From the human T2T-CHM13v2.0 reference genome, Homo sapiens: a DNA stretch of 64,000 bases. The position numbers were made by a program, and so were the translations under genes. Under the pieces are notes generated by a model. That model saw only the letters and a program-made list of their open reading frames with translations. It searched no databases and was not told where the DNA came from. This document shows positions 40,378 through 55,043 of the stretch, piece by piece. The DNA lies in assembly GCF_009914755.1 (NCBI RefSeq), contig NC_060934.1. The stretch is one strand, 5' to 3'. How positions within the stretch are numbered: position 1 is the stretch's first letter; each line of letters begins with the position of its first letter.

Positions 40378-40737
40378 CCCAGCTACCGGGAGGCTGAGGT
40401 GGGAGGATTGCTTGACCCCAGTGGGTGGAGATTGCAGTGAGCAGAGAACACATCACTGTCACTCTAGCTTGAGTCACAGAGCAGGACCTTGTCTCAAAAA
40501 GCAAACAAAAAGCTGGGTGCAGCAGCTCATGCCTGTAATCCCAGTGCTTTGGGAGGCTGATGTGGGAGGATCACTTCAGACCAGAAGTTCGAGGCCAGCC
40601 TGGCCAACAAGGTAAAACCCTGTCTCTACTGAAAATACAAAAAATTAGCCAGGTGTAGAGTGGCACATGTCTGTAATCCCAGCTACTCATGAGGCTGAGG
40701 CACCAGGATCACTTGAACTGAGAAGGCAAAGGGTGCA
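40378..40737 (+). mobile_element. Alu right-arm fragment followed by a 3'-truncated Alu
   Basis: Right monomer plus A tail (40378-40510), then a left monomer and partial right arm. Confidence 0.85.
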
Positions 40738-40840
40738 AAGAAACAAACAAACAAAACACACAAGCCAAGAAACTTGACCCCAGTGTTTGGGTCTATCTCT
40801 AAAAATTCTGACTGAATAAGTTGCCCACTTTTCAGATAGG

Positions 40841-41179
40841 TGCCCAAGCTCATTTTGTGCTTCTCTAACAGAATGCTGAGACTGGGTAATTTATTACAAA
40901 GAGAAATGTATTGGCTCACAGTTCTGGAGGCTGGAAAGTTCAAGACCAAAGTGCCAGCATCTGGTGCAAGTGCAAGCGTCTGTGCTGCATCCTCACATGG
41001 TGGAAGGCAAGAAGGCAAGATGGGGTGGAACTTGCCCTTTTATAAGGTACCAGTTCCACCCATGAAGGTAGAGCCCTATGGCCTAACCACCTCTTAAGGG
41101 TCTTACCTCTTTATACTCCTACAATAAGAATTAAATTTCAGCATGAGTTGTGGAAGGGACAAACATTAAAATGACAGCA
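40841..41179 (-). mobile_element. MST (MSTC/D-like) MaLR LTR
   Basis: 'gagactgggtaatttatt...ttggctcacagttctggaggctgg'; near-TSD ATAGG/ATAAG. Confidence 0.82.
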
Positions 41180-41709
41180 ATAAGGGAGAGGACCCCTCTC
41201 AAGGAGATGAGGGAAACATTTACTATTCACGTTTTCAACTCTACCTGGCCAGGAGATTCCAACACTGCAGCTTCTGGTGACTAAAGAGCAACCTAATAGA
41301 GAAACTACCAAGGAAAGCTAAGTGGTTTCCAAACAAGTTCTCTCAAGGTGACACCTGATGTGGTTCTAAAATATCTCAGCTTTTGCAGGTTTTAAAATAT
41401 GACTTGTCAATTTCCCAGGCGTGGTCTGACTCTTGGGGCCAGAGTTGCATTGATGGCACTTGAGAGACTAATACATAATCCAGAGCTCCAAATGTACACT
41501 GTGAAATAAAACTGCCAAGGTGAGCTAGAAATGTTCTTTCTGCCTTCTCTCTTTGTATAAAAGCCACATGAAAAGAGGGTTTATAGTTGGAAGCTGTTTG
41601 GTGATCATGGAATGAAAGTGTGGGTGTGGAGGAGAAAAAATGATCTGCAAGGCTAATATCACTGAGCTGTAGTAATCTGGCTCACCTGTCTTGACTGGAA
41701 CATGCCTGC

Positions 41710-42140
41710 CAAGCATTCTGGTTGGGTTCCCTAGAAGCACATGGACTCTGAGACAAGGATTCACGTGAAAGTGATTTTTCAGAATGTATTACCAGGAAAA
41801 ACTGGTAGGTGAGTGGGGAAGTGGAACAGGAATGGGAAGTGAGGTAAGCAAGGCTGAATTACCAGGTGAAGTCTCCAGGAAGGTGAGTTTGGCTCAACCT
41901 CACAGGAGAGCTTTGAAGGTAGAGCAGTTCCCACATCAAACTGTCCCATTAGGGGTAAGAGAACTGGAGTACTTATACTCCAGCACACAGAGCCACTGGA
42001 TAAGAGTCACCCATGTGTGCAGAAAGCAGACTCTGGCAACCTTCACCCAAGTCGGCACTGGCCCAGGCACAGGACTCAAAGAGGTACAGGTGCTGGCTGT
42101 TGGAAGTGAAAGCATAGTGGAAAACCAAGTGCACACAATG
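41710..42140 (-). mobile_element. LTR16/LTR33-like ERVL LTR
   Basis: 'ggttgggttccctagaagca...actctgagacaaggattc' resembles the antisense LTR16 3' end. Confidence 0.6.
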
Positions 42141-43989
42141 GCATGAATCCGCGGGATGCGCACTGACCTGTGGGGATGCACCTTGATGTGGTTGGCTGCC
42201 TCCCTGCTGGAAGGCCCCTGCATCCTCCCCCAGACTGTTGTCGATGCCCTGTCACAAGCCTTGTCTCAACCAACCTCCCATCTTGAGCACCCGCTAAAGG
42301 CCATTCCCTTCCTTAGCTTTGTCCTGGTCTCTGAACTTTGGCATTCATAGTCTATATCCACCCTTTTATCAAATATAACTTAGGATGACTTTGTTTACAT
42401 ATGGTTGAGCTTGGCTTTTGCATGTCCACATACTCTTATTTTATACTCCCAGTAAAACCTTAATATTACCCCAGGTACTTATAGCTTACATTGCATAAAG
42501 AAAGAAGAAAGTAGGAAGAAAGGAAATCAGGAATTACATAGATAACAAGGCTGTGTAGTTAGCCACCCCCTCCCCATGTGGGGCCTGAATTACGTGATTG
42601 AGGGTGATCAGTCATTTAACTTAAGAAGCTACAATGTTTCATGTAGCTTTCTTGTAGAACAGCTACAGACTCTAAATATTTCATTTTTGACATTGATAGA
42701 CTAGGAGAGGAAATCATCTCCAGGAAAAATGCCATGCATGACCAGGGTTAATGATATGGAACACACCCCACAAAGATGCTTTGCCTTTGGGTACCAGGAC
42801 TTCAAATCCTACACAATGAAGGTAGGCAAATTTCTTCTTCCATCAGCCCCAGATGGAGAGCCCAACTTTATGGATAATATTTTATCCCCCTCCTTTCTCT
42901 CTCCTAACACACACATTTCCACCCTGTAGCCCACCCCACCCTACCCTGTCTCACTCTTTAATCCTATTTCTATGTAGGATTCTGTTATTTGCATTCCAGA
43001 GAAATTTTTTTCCTAACAAGTATAAAGTGAAGAAGCTATTCTTTATGATGAAAGGATACAAATCTTTCTCAACCTAGATGTTTCTAATACTCTTCAGTGA
43101 GGGTCTAAAGTGGGAAATGATTTAAATTAGTCTTCAGTGAATTTCTCCCCAGCTTTCTCAACCCAAAGGACAGAGCAGCAACTTAGCTGGTTCTCACAGG
43201 ATCCAATGTTTGTTTGTTTCAGATCAAAAATGAAACCAAGAGAGAAAAGAAACAGTGCAGTTAGCAAAAAAAAAAAAAAAAAAAAAAAAAAGCAGGGATT
43301 CTTAATCTTGAGGGTGCGTGAAAATACTGTCGGAAGAGGAGGCATTTCGATCTGCAGCCCTGCCGTGCTGGGTTTCTGAGCTCTGCTGCTCTCTTTCTCT
43401 GGGTAACAGGAGACTTGAAGACATCGCCCAGAAGGTAGAGCTTCAAATCCTGTTCTAGGGCCCAGAAGCAGAGGTATGGACCCCACTCCTGAGTTAATTT
43501 ACTGTATAACATATGGTATTTAAAAACTTTTACTAAAATCTTGTTCCTATGCTTTGTGGTCAATGTCCAGGCTAATTTGGGAATCGGGACTAACCAACTG
43601 ATCCCACTGGTGAACAGAGAAACTCAAGAGTTCAAGGCAAGGCCTCAAGTCCAGCAAAGTGTAATACCCTTGAAACCCCAAATCCTGGTGGGCACTGGTG
43701 CGTCCCACTCAAGGGTCCAGATGCTCATTTTTGCATGGATACACTGTTGAGGATTTTTCTGCCTGGGATGCCTTCCCCCTCCTCCTCACAGCCCATTTTT
43801 TTCTCCACACATCATTTCTGAGTCTATAATTCCTATAAAATTTTAATATCCAGCTTAAATGTTCATCTCTCCATAATTCCCCTGTCTGAACCCTTTTTGT
43901 CCTTGGTCCCAAAATAACTTGAAATGATTTTCTTCTATGGAAATTGTGGGGTTTTTTCCCATTATGTAAGTGCCTTGACTCAATTTGAT

Positions 43990-44175
43990 TTATTACTTCA
44001 GCATCTATGTAGTAGCTTTCTGTGCTGTGTGTTCTTCTTCTATAAATGGGGGATGATAACAACAGTACCTTCCTCAGTGAGTTGCAGTGATGTTTAAATG
44101 AGTTAACAACATAAATGGCAACAGAACCAGATACATAGTAAATGTCCAAAGAAGTTAGCAATGATGACGATAATG
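43990..44175 (+). mobile_element. MIR SINE
   Basis: 'tctataaatgggggatgataacaacagtaccttcctcagtgagttgcagtga'. Confidence 0.75.
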
Positions 44176-45074
44176 TATATCGTTATAATAACCCCATATA
44201 CCATTGGTAAATATTTTGGAATGAAAGAATAGGTAAAAATAATTATCAATTACTTTGAAGCATGGGTGACTTGAACACCCAGGCCCAAGTTCCAGACTCC
44301 CCTGAGGATTGCTTCATCATCACTGGGCTCACCTAGAGTCTGGGAGTCTCTGTTGTTAGGTTCATGCAAGATCTCCAGGTCTTGCATGCTTGTTAGATAA
44401 AACCCCACATAGGGTTAAACAGAAGACCCAAAGACAGGGAACTCTTCTCAGAAGGAAAGAAAATTGCCATTAGTTTTATTGCTGTGGTTTCTGCTGCTGT
44501 GGATGTTTTTTAAATTATCTAATTTTGAGAGCCTGGGAAATGACAAAGAGCCCGGCTGTCCAATTATAACACTGGTTGTGTAAACCCAGGAGACTTGGAG
44601 TCTCTTAAAATTTGTGTAAAGAAGGGCTGATCATAATCACAATACATCACCACTGATGTGTTTTGTTTGCATGGTATCATTTGGTTCTAGTGATTTTTTC
44701 CTGCATTATTCTAGGTGACATGCTATCTCTCCATCAAAACAGGGAAGTGAAGCCTTGGAGGGAATATAGTAATCTGCATTTCTCTTGTATCCATTCTTTC
44801 ATAGGACTTCACAGACCACTGGATCTCACGCTTTGGTGAGAGCATCTCATGAGGACTTTGCTATCAAAGCAGATTTTAGAACCCATCCGCAGGCGTTCAG
44901 ACTCAGTGTCTCTGCCTCGAAATAGGCATTTTAAACAAGATCCTTAGGTTTTTCTAAGGCAGGCATCTTCTGGTCCTTGTATTTCAAAACATTGCTTTTT
45001 ATGGACATATAGGAATACACAGAGGCATACATGCAGTTTAACTGGAAAAATATTAAGTTTAACTGTCATTTATA

Positions 45075-46430
45075 CATTCATTACAACATATTTCATTCAC
45101 CAAATATTACCAAAACTTAGGATGTGCAATAAAGATTCAGAGTAAAAAAAAGTCCCTCCCATCATGGAGCTTAATTTCTTACTGGTTAGAAACAATTCAT
45201 CAACAAATAAATGCACATCCACTTATACATGTGCATGTATGTTTGTTTATTATATATGTAATATGACATCATATACACTAAAGGTTATATATGTGTAGTA
45301 TGGCATTCTATATAGTATATACTATATAGACAATATATACATATACTATATACTATATTTACTATATATATTATATATAGGCTATATAATATATACTATA
45401 TAGTATATGCTATATATACTCTATATTACATGTAGTGTAGATACTATATTAATACTATAACATAACAAATATAATACTGTTTTATAGTATATTTATATAT
45501 TATATATAGTATATTATAGGTACTAGTATAGTACATTATATTAGTATGATATATAGTATGTTAATACAGTAAATTATATATAATATAGTATAGAATACTA
45601 TAATACTATATATAGAATACTATATATACTACATAGAATACTATAAGATTAAATACTATATATTATAATGTAGTATGCTATATATCCTATACTATATATA
45701 ATATTATATATACTACTATATATAGTTTATACAGTATATATGTTGTATGCATACTATATATACAGCATATATAACATAGTATATATTATAGAGTGTATAT
45801 ATACAGCATATACAATATGTATATATGTATAGTATATATGTTGTTTATACTATATATAGTTATTATTCTTGTATTAATACATTATATTAGACTTTACATA
45901 ATGTCTATATTTGTGTCTATATACATGTATAAGTCCATATATAGGCATTATATAAATATAGCATGACATTATATATTCCATATATGAAGTATGACAGTTG
46001 ATGATAATTTCTTTAAAGGAAAAAAAGCAAGTCATAGGAGATAGAGGGATCATTTAGGTAGAGTGACAAGGAGACCTTTCTGAAAAGAGGCGTTTGAGCA
46101 GATTTCTAAAAGAATGAGTGAACAGACCCCAGAGCTGTTGAGAACAGAGCCCTGCAGGCAGTGGTAAAGCAGGTGTCATGCCCTGAGGGGGCACTTTCTT
46201 CAAGTGATGATGGAAATCAAGGAGGCCAGCCTGGTTGTGGTGGCAGAAGCAGGTGGGAAAGGAATGGAGGTGAGTCAGAGAGGGGACAGGGACCAGCTCA
46301 TGATGGGCCTTGCAGATGACAGAAAGGACTTTGGCATTACTCAGAGCAAGGCGGGAAGCCACAGATTGCCCTGAGCAAGGAAAACTGTGACAAGACGTGT
46401 TGGAAAGGATCACTCAGGCTGCTGTGAGGA
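45075..46430 (-). mobile_element. L2 3' fragment interrupted by an AT-rich expansion
   Basis: Antisense L2 terminus 'cattcattacaacatattt...catcatggagctta'. L2 resumes near 45990 with 'ttctgaaaagaggcgtttgagcaga'. Confidence 0.75.
45245..45985. repeat. Degenerate (TA)n / TATAG / ATACT low-complexity tract, about 740 bp
   Basis: Near-continuous TA alternation with recurring tatagta and tactata units. Confidence 0.93.
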
Positions 46431-47109
46431 CAACACAGACGAATGCCAAGAAGCTGATGGCAAGGCCCCAGTGCTCAGGAAAAGCCAGGCAAAAGCTGCA
46501 AGGCATCCTGGTCTCATCAGAAATAAGTCAAGGAGAGAAAATGCAATCCCCGTGAAATGAGCTTCAGAAACACACATCAGAGGCTATTGAGAATTCATGA
46601 CATCAAAAGCAATTTTTAAAATTCAGCATAGTTTTTTTAATCCAAAAAATATATATCAACACTCCCCCATGCCAACACTCCCTTTGAGTGAGGCAGATTC
46701 CTCAGGATTCATGTGGCAGCCACACATGAGCATATGAAGGGACAGAGAAGCCACCAGCTGGTTCTGCCTGACATTCAGCTTCTCCTGCATGAGGCTAGCT
46801 TTGTTTTGGCCAAGAAGTGTCCAATGGGACATAAAATCTGAGCAGAAATGTGTCCCAGAATCTTCTGTAGTTCCTTCTCCTCTGCCTTTGCCTTGCTTTC
46901 TTCTTTTCCTCTCCTTATGCCTCTCTTTCTCCTCCTTCTCCTCAGAAAATCATTGTTTTGAAAAAAAAAGTGCACACTTTTTTGAGGAATCTAAGCAATG
47001 CAAAAGTACAAAAAAAGAAAGTTTTTTTGTTTGTTTGTTTTTTTAGAAAGCTTCCTCATAGAAACAATCATCAGTAGCATTGAGCAAACTGATAGGAGAT
47101 TGTAAAAAG

Positions 47110-47570
47110 TTTGTGGCTAGAAACAAAACAAATGCATTACCTTGTGGTTCTGTAGGCCACAAGTCTGTTGTGGGTCTCACTGGATTAAAATCTAGGTGTC
47201 TGCAGGGCTATCTTCCTTTCTGGAGACTCTAGGGGTAAATAGGTTTCCTTGCATTTTCTAGCTTCTAGAAGCCTCCTTTATTCCTTGGCTTGTAGCCTCT
47301 TCTCAATGCCAGGAACGGAGCATCTCCCTGACCTACTTCCATGGATCTATCTGTTTCTCTGAGCATACCCAAGGAAAGGTTCCCCACTTAAGAGAACACC
47401 TTTGATTACATTGGGCACACACAGGTAATCCAGGATCATCTTCCCATCCCAAGGTCCTTAACTTTAATCACCTCCACAAAGTCCCATTTGCCAAGTAAAA
47501 TAACATATGCACAGGTTCTGGGGATTAGCATATGGACATCTTGGGGGAGGTCATTATTCTGCCTACCAGA
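47110..47570 (-). mobile_element. MLT1 (MLT1D-like) MaLR LTR
   Basis: 'tttctggagactctagggg' and the terminal 'cattattctgcctacca'. Confidence 0.82.
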
Positions 47571-48039
47571 TTGATAGACCAAATGCTTTCATAAAAATGC
47601 AATATACTATTCCTGTTATTTTAAAAAAGTGCTCAGTTTTACCTAAATCAACAGATTTCAGAATTAATTATTGCAGAGACATCCTTCAGTCCTGCTGTGT
47701 GTGTTAAATGGCAGATGTAATTACAGAAAGCTAAGAGTCTTAGACCAAGGGTGAAAAATCTGCATAGCAATGAAACAAGATATTATGCAAAACTTATGTA
47801 GTGTTAAAATAAGCATAATGGGATGTCCTTTCGTGAAATGTCAGCTAATTTCTTTAAACAGATACTTCCTTTTTCTCTGGGCCTCATCATCTCCCCAACC
47901 ACCACCACCAAAAAAAAAAAAAAAAAAAAGTGTAAGCTAATCTAGTTTTAGCTTTTAGCTTTTGAGTTTCCAAAGTTTAGCCCAATGGGAATGGAAAGAA
48001 GTCAAAACATATACAACATTGAGCAACAGCCAACTCCTC

Positions 48040-48350
48040 CTGCCCTTTAAGCTTCTCACTCATTGCTGCCATGATGAGAGGAAGTCCTATCAGCCACATG
48101 CCAAGATCCACTAGAAGAGAATCAAAGGCCTTATCAGCCAAGCCCCAGTTGAGCTCCCAACCAGCATTTAGCCAGGCTAGTGAGGACACTTGGAAACTTC
48201 CAGACATCCCAATGCTCCAGCCAACATCACATGAAACAGAAGAGCTATGCGGTGGACCTACAAAATCGTAAGAAGAGATATATCACTAATGATTCATGCC
48301 ATTGGGTTTGGGTGTAGTTTTTTAATGCAGCAAATAAATAAATAAAACTG
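48040..48350 (+). mobile_element. Old MLT1 (MLT1H-like) LTR fragment
   Basis: 'ccccagttgagctcccaaccagca' and the 3' 'gtttgggtgtagttttttaatgcagcaa'. Confidence 0.6.
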
Positions 48351-50224
48351 TGTAAAGATGCTGGTGAAAACCAAGACTTTGATGAACGCAGAGGAACAAT
48401 CTAGGAGCTCAGGTCCAGCTTGATAGATGATGGAGACCACCTCACATCTGCTCACACCATGATAACTGTGCAGGTCATCCAGGGGGGTTACTAGAAAACC
48501 AACATGGATTTTGTGGGGACACAAAAGACAGTAACTGTGAAATTCAGCCTGCAGACGTCTCTTCAAAAGGAAGCAGTAGATTGGGGGCACCATTGCCTCC
48601 AAGGCTGTGTGCATTGACACCAAAGACAGTTCCCTCTCTGACTGGCTGGCCTTTTAAAACGACCTCTGATTGTTATGCATAAGCTTTTGGGTAATGCTAT
48701 CATGGATAGTACCCGGAACCTGATGGACGTGACATTTTGGCCTTCTCTCCTGATGGTTCTGTAGCCTTTCTTAGACTTCTCCAGGGATGAGCTTGAAGAT
48801 CCCCCAGAGTGATAAGAAAGTCACATTTTTAAGTTCACTTATATTAACAGTTCAGCCACAGTTAGCTACTGAAGTTCAAATTTCTGTGACCACTTTGGAA
48901 AAAAACAAGATCCTAAGAGGATGGCAGAGAGAAGATCCAATGCCTCTATCAAAGTAGCAAGGATGGCCAACCGGGCAAGTACAGAGGACATCACAAAGAA
49001 TCTTGGAACAACAGGTTGGCTCACAAATGGCAGAAGATCAAGGAAGAATTAAACCCATCTGCACTGCCCAGATGGTCTCTGAGTTCTCCACACATCTGTA
49101 CCAGCCCCTCCTGCCACATGGAGTCCTGGCAGGCTGTGAGCTCTCCTCTCACACAACTGGCTCTAACATCCTGCAGTGAAGTGGCACCAACTCCCTCAGG
49201 CCCCCAGACTCTCGCAGGGCCTCCAGCACTGCCTGTCCCTGTGAGTCCCTTAATCTCTTGTTGCAGAATGTGGCCTTTCAGCCCACAATACCAATTCTTG
49301 ACAAGAGCAATGCTTGAGGGGGCTTTGAATTTTCCTCACTCAGGAATTTAACTCTTTTTTGAATGTAATCTTAGACAAAGTCATTTACTGCTGAGAGCCA
49401 CAGGACACAATGGGACCAGGTGTAGGAATGGTGACTTTCCACAGGGCTCCTTGAGGAAGCACCTGCCAGCTCAGATGATCAGAGGCAGCTTCTGCTTTGT
49501 CTCTGAAGGACGATGGGGTTAAGGCTCTCAGCATTAACCTTCAACAGAGCCACATTGTGCCTGATAGGTGTGGATCTATCTTCAAAGGAGAGAACCCAAA
49601 GGGCCACTGTGGTTTTCAGGGGAGAAAGCTGCAAGATTTGTGGCTTCCGTGCTAACATGCAGAATCTGGCTTCCCAGAGCATCCTTGTCTGATCTCAGCC
49701 TTAACATCCTTGGACCCTTTCCACTACAACCCTAGACTAGATCCTGGGAATATTCCCAGGATGATGTGGCTCTGTATTGGATCACAGCCTACTTCCACAG
49801 AGTTCTGGGGGCTGAGGGGGTTGTGGAGTGAGTAAGGCCAGATCCCCTCAGCACTTTGCTCACCAGCACAGCTCAGCTTTCAGGAAGAGACATGGTCCTG
49901 TCCCTGAACAAGGCAAAGCTGTAACCATTAGGTGAATGACCACATGTAGATGAAAACTATTAAGGTTTTATGCAGCTAAAAATCTGACCCAGGACCTGTG
50001 TGAAAAGGAAAAACTGTTTCAACGCTGGCTTTTTTTCTGTCTGCTAGAGTTTACTGCCTCATAAAATGGCATTTTCCCTGGGTAACAGCTGAATTGGAGT
50101 CACTTGTAGGAAATTTAAATTCTAATTGTGATAATTAGGTTGTAAAATAAGCATAGCAACATTAACTTATCCATTATATTTTGTTTTCAATTTTTAAATG
50201 GTTACAAAATTAGCCTTAAAAAAC

Positions 50225-50970
<746 letters not shown>

Positions 50971-53065
50971 AAAAATAGACTTTTTTTTTCTAAAAAGAGG
51001 CAAAATTGGTGTGCAATTCTCAGTGAAATTGTGAAATAAATGGACACTGTATTGACACTGACCAAAAGTAAAATCTAGTGATGGGATGTGCTAGATGAGG
51101 GAGTCCTGGGGGAAGGCACAAGGGCCCGAGGACATGAGGAGAGTGGAGTGGTATGCAGCGAATTCTCTTGTGCTGGAGGACAGGGAGCAGCCCTCTTGCC
51201 GACCTCACCTGGAAGTCTCAGGAATTTTCCATCCCCAGGTCCCCAGGCAATGCTGGGAGGCCTGTGAAAACTTCCAGGTTGGAGCAGAGGGCAGGGCCAG
51301 CCACACCTGGGGTGGGTTATGAGAGGAGAGAGAAAGGGGGGAAAGGTGAGTACAGCCATCGTAATGATGCAGGTGCCTCCAGCCAGATCCCGGTTCTCAC
51401 GGGCAGCCGGTCTCAGCCTAGCTGACGTCGACCCAGAATCCCACGCTCTCGGCTTCCACCCAGCCACTGTTAGGCACGAACAGGGCACCCCAAAGCTCTG
51501 CATGTCTCTGAAAAGAACCCCATTCCCTGCCCCCAGCCCTGAAGCTTCGCAAGCACTGACCTTGTTGAGGCCACGGAGGCATCTCCTTGTGCCCTTTCTC
51601 CCATGTGACTCCTATCCACAGGACGGCCTAGACTCCATGTCACCCCAACATGTGAAGCCCCTCTGCTACCCTGACCCCACCTCCCATCACCCTCGACTTT
51701 TGAAACACTGCCACCACGCCCTTTGGGATCAGAGTCAGTTTTAGGTAAAATCCTTGTATCCTCAGCCACCTCTCTGATGGGTCCCTTTACTGTTTTGCTG
51801 CTCTGAGGCCTCTGCCTCTTATGGCCCCTCGAAGGGGCAGCTGTTTCCTCTCCACATCCCACATTGGTTTTGGGTGTGCCCCTCACAGTGACTAAAGACC
51901 GTGTTTCCTCTTCCCTCTACAGTCCTCACATTCTCAGACTACCACCCACCACCCCTCCTTGCTACGTCCCTTTATGCATCACTGAGTTGAGCTCCTCTCA
52001 TCTCTCAATAAGGTTAGCACCTCTTCCTTGACACAGTCTGTTCAGTGCCATCCTCATGAGGCTCCTTGGTGAGTCAGTGACCACAAATGCCCCCTCCAAT
52101 CCCCTGGCCTCCCTTCCCTACCTTCCTCTCCTCCAGTAACCAGTTCTTCACCTCCTGCAGCCTCTCCTTCCACCATGCTCTGCCCTGTGTCCAGGGCCAC
52201 CACCCCTCCACGATCCCAATTGCAAACTCTCTACCCTCTCACCATCTCTTCCTTTGTTCCAACACTCTTAGTTGACTATCCCAGATTCAAGACTTCTTTG
52301 ATGCTCTTTTGACTTTTTGTTTTCCACTTGGCTTCAAGGGCCCTGCACTCTTGGGTAGAATTTGGACAGATCTAGATACCTGGGGAAAGTTTTAAAGTTG
52401 TGTATGTGGAAAGATCGGTGGGGAAGTGGGGGTGATTGGAGAGAGTGAAGATGGAGCAAAGAGCTCACAGAAAGGGTCAGAGAAACATGTGCTCAGTTTG
52501 CCATGAGATTGAGGTCCGCCTACCTGAAATTAAGAGAAAACAATCTGATAAGCTTGAAAAAGCCCAATGTAATCAGATTAAATGTAGGGACCTGTGCAAG
52601 ATCCAATTCAACAATAAAGCGTTCCCTGACTATTCTAGTATCTGGGGCATTTTTTATCCACTCAACCTCTTTCATTTATTAATCATCTAATGTGTTTCAG
52701 ATGCTGTGCTAGGGCCTGGGCAAAGCCAGACAAGAAGTGGTTCCTGCTATCAGGCTGACTAACATCTATCAGAAAGAACAGATCACGGTACTTTACATGA
52801 TCATAGAGTTATATGTGGGGTCGTGAAATAAAAGTGATCATCTAAATCAGACAGGGAGGTCAGGAACGTGTCCTGAAGAGATGCTCTGGCTGAGTTCTGG
52901 GGGAAAATAGGAGTGTAGTGGATAGACCAGACTCAGAATGCTGGCCATTGTCACCCCTCCCTCTAAGGCAAGCTTCCTCTCACCCATGGCCCTGTTGGCA
53001 TGAAGATTGCATTGCAGCACCCAAGCCCCCAGCCCATCTCCAATTTGCAGCAGCCACAGGAGGGC

Positions 53066-53247
53066 AGCACCCATCACTAAAGCCTGGTTCTGAAAACAGA
53101 CAAGCCGACTGCATGGTGGTTCCAAAGAGTTTAAATAAATCAGCAGAGAGAGATGGAGCACCCATCACTAAAGCCTGGTTCAGAAAATGAACAAGACTAC
53201 TGTATGGTGGCTCCAAAGAGTTTAAATAAAGCAACAGAGAGAGATTG
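53066..53247 (+). repeat. Tandem duplication, 2 x 91 bp, about 88% identical
   Basis: Both units start AGCACCCATCACTAAAGCCTGGTTC (53066 and 53157). 11 mismatches by hand alignment, no indels. Confidence 0.95.
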
Positions 53248-53514
53248 AGTCAATGGAGGGGTCAGAAGCTCGGAAGCGCTATGAGATAGAGGCTGGGCAG
53301 TAGTGAGCCATGACTCTGAAGAGCTACCGTGGTGATGAAACAGAAATGCAACAGCAGATGGAGCCAGTAGGAAGAGAGAAGGGAATGGATAGGCCATACA
53401 GAGAGAATCACGGATGCCACCAGGGAGGTCCTGGGCCCAGGGGAGACATGGAAGGGAGGAGGACCTGGTGTGGTCACTACACCTTTTAATGCCAGCTTCA
53501 GTCCCCAAGTGTCA

Positions 53515-53561
<47 letters not shown>

Positions 53562-53580
53562 CACACACACAGTCACACAC
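53515..53580 (+). repeat. (TC)n(AC)n compound microsatellite
   Basis: Read directly from the sequence. Confidence 0.95.
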
Positions 53581-54289
53581 ATTTTTCTAAGTCATAAAAC
53601 GACCCAGAAAATATACTTCCAAGTATATAACCAAAGAAAAATTTCACATATATGTACAAGGAAACAAGTATAATGATGTTCATTGGAAAAAATGTAAATA
53701 TTCAGCAGAGAAATCAGTAATTAATTGTGATATAGGTATGTGTTGGGCTACAATTTAGAAGTAGAGTGAACCAGTATTCTAGATAGATGGATAGACAGAC
53801 ATATAAATATGTGACATATATACACACACAGACACATCATATACTTTGTATACACATATACATGGACAAGGATAAATCTTAAAATGATAAAATTTAAAAT
53901 GACATTTAATATATACATAATACCATTTATATGCATTGAAAACAATAGTATGTTTTGCTTGTTCTGGATACAAAAAATACAGACATGTAACTGTTACAAA
54001 AATTAAAGTTTACAATATAGTAGTTGCTTCAAAAGATAATGGAATAACTTTGGTGAGACAAATTAGTTGTTCATTTCAAAAAGTTTAATTTATGTTTTAT
54101 TTAATAAGAATTCAACCAAATGTGACCAACAAAATTGTGAATTCTTGTATATTTAATGAATAGAGGGAACAAATGAATAGAGGGAAGGTGAGCAGAAAGG
54201 AGGCAAAAAGAAAGTGCAGTTGTCTGGACAACAAAATCAGAAACAAAAGCACGAATATGGAGAGGGAGAGATGAAATATAACTGATAAC

Positions 54290-54820
54290 AAAAAGAATTA
54301 ATATGTGTTGGTGAATGTCTGAGGGTGGGACTCAGTGAGAAGGAGACGTGCACTTTGGCTCTGGGCTTTCTGGCTGGTACTGATGCTGATAACATGGAAT
54401 AGAGAACAGGGAGCGGGTTAGGGGAGGAAGGTGATGAATCTGACTTTGAAAGTGCTGAGTGTGAAGGTCCCATGTTTCATCCAAGTGGGTGACGTGTCAT
54501 GGGTACCGCAATGCTAGGGACAGAAATAGGAACCATTTGCATCAAAGTTGCAGTTGAAGCCATGTAACATGGGGCACCCAGGGAAAGTACACAGAGTGAC
54601 AAGAACAGATAGTAAAGGATGGAGCCTTGTGCTATGAATGGACTGAAGATTGCCAGAAAACGAGCTTGTGAGGTGGGTGGTAAGAAATAGTGCCGGTGCC
54701 ATAGAAGAATGGAAGTACAGAGGCCCAGGAAAGCAAGTACCTTAAGGCATAAAACTTTTAACAAAAGTCAGAAAGAAATATGAATACATATTTATTGGAT
54801 TTGGAGGTGCTGAGGATGAG
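54290..54820 (-). mobile_element. L2 fragment
   Basis: 'gactttgaaagtgctgagtgtgaaggtcccatg...catccaagtgg' and 'gttgcagttgaagccatg'. Confidence 0.7.
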
Positions 54821-55043
54821 CCACAGGATCCCCCCCTCTGGTCACTCTTAGCCATTGGCCTCTGTGCCCCCCTTCTTTGTGTGACTCCATGAAACCATGC
54901 AGTTCAAAGCCCCAGGAATGAAGGGGTTAAGCGGATGACTTCTTTTTATGTGTCCGGTCTTTTCTTTCTTCATTCCGGGACATTTTTCATGAGCATTCCT
55001 TCCCTTATTTGTTGATGTTATTTTAAACATCTTCTTTAAGTAG

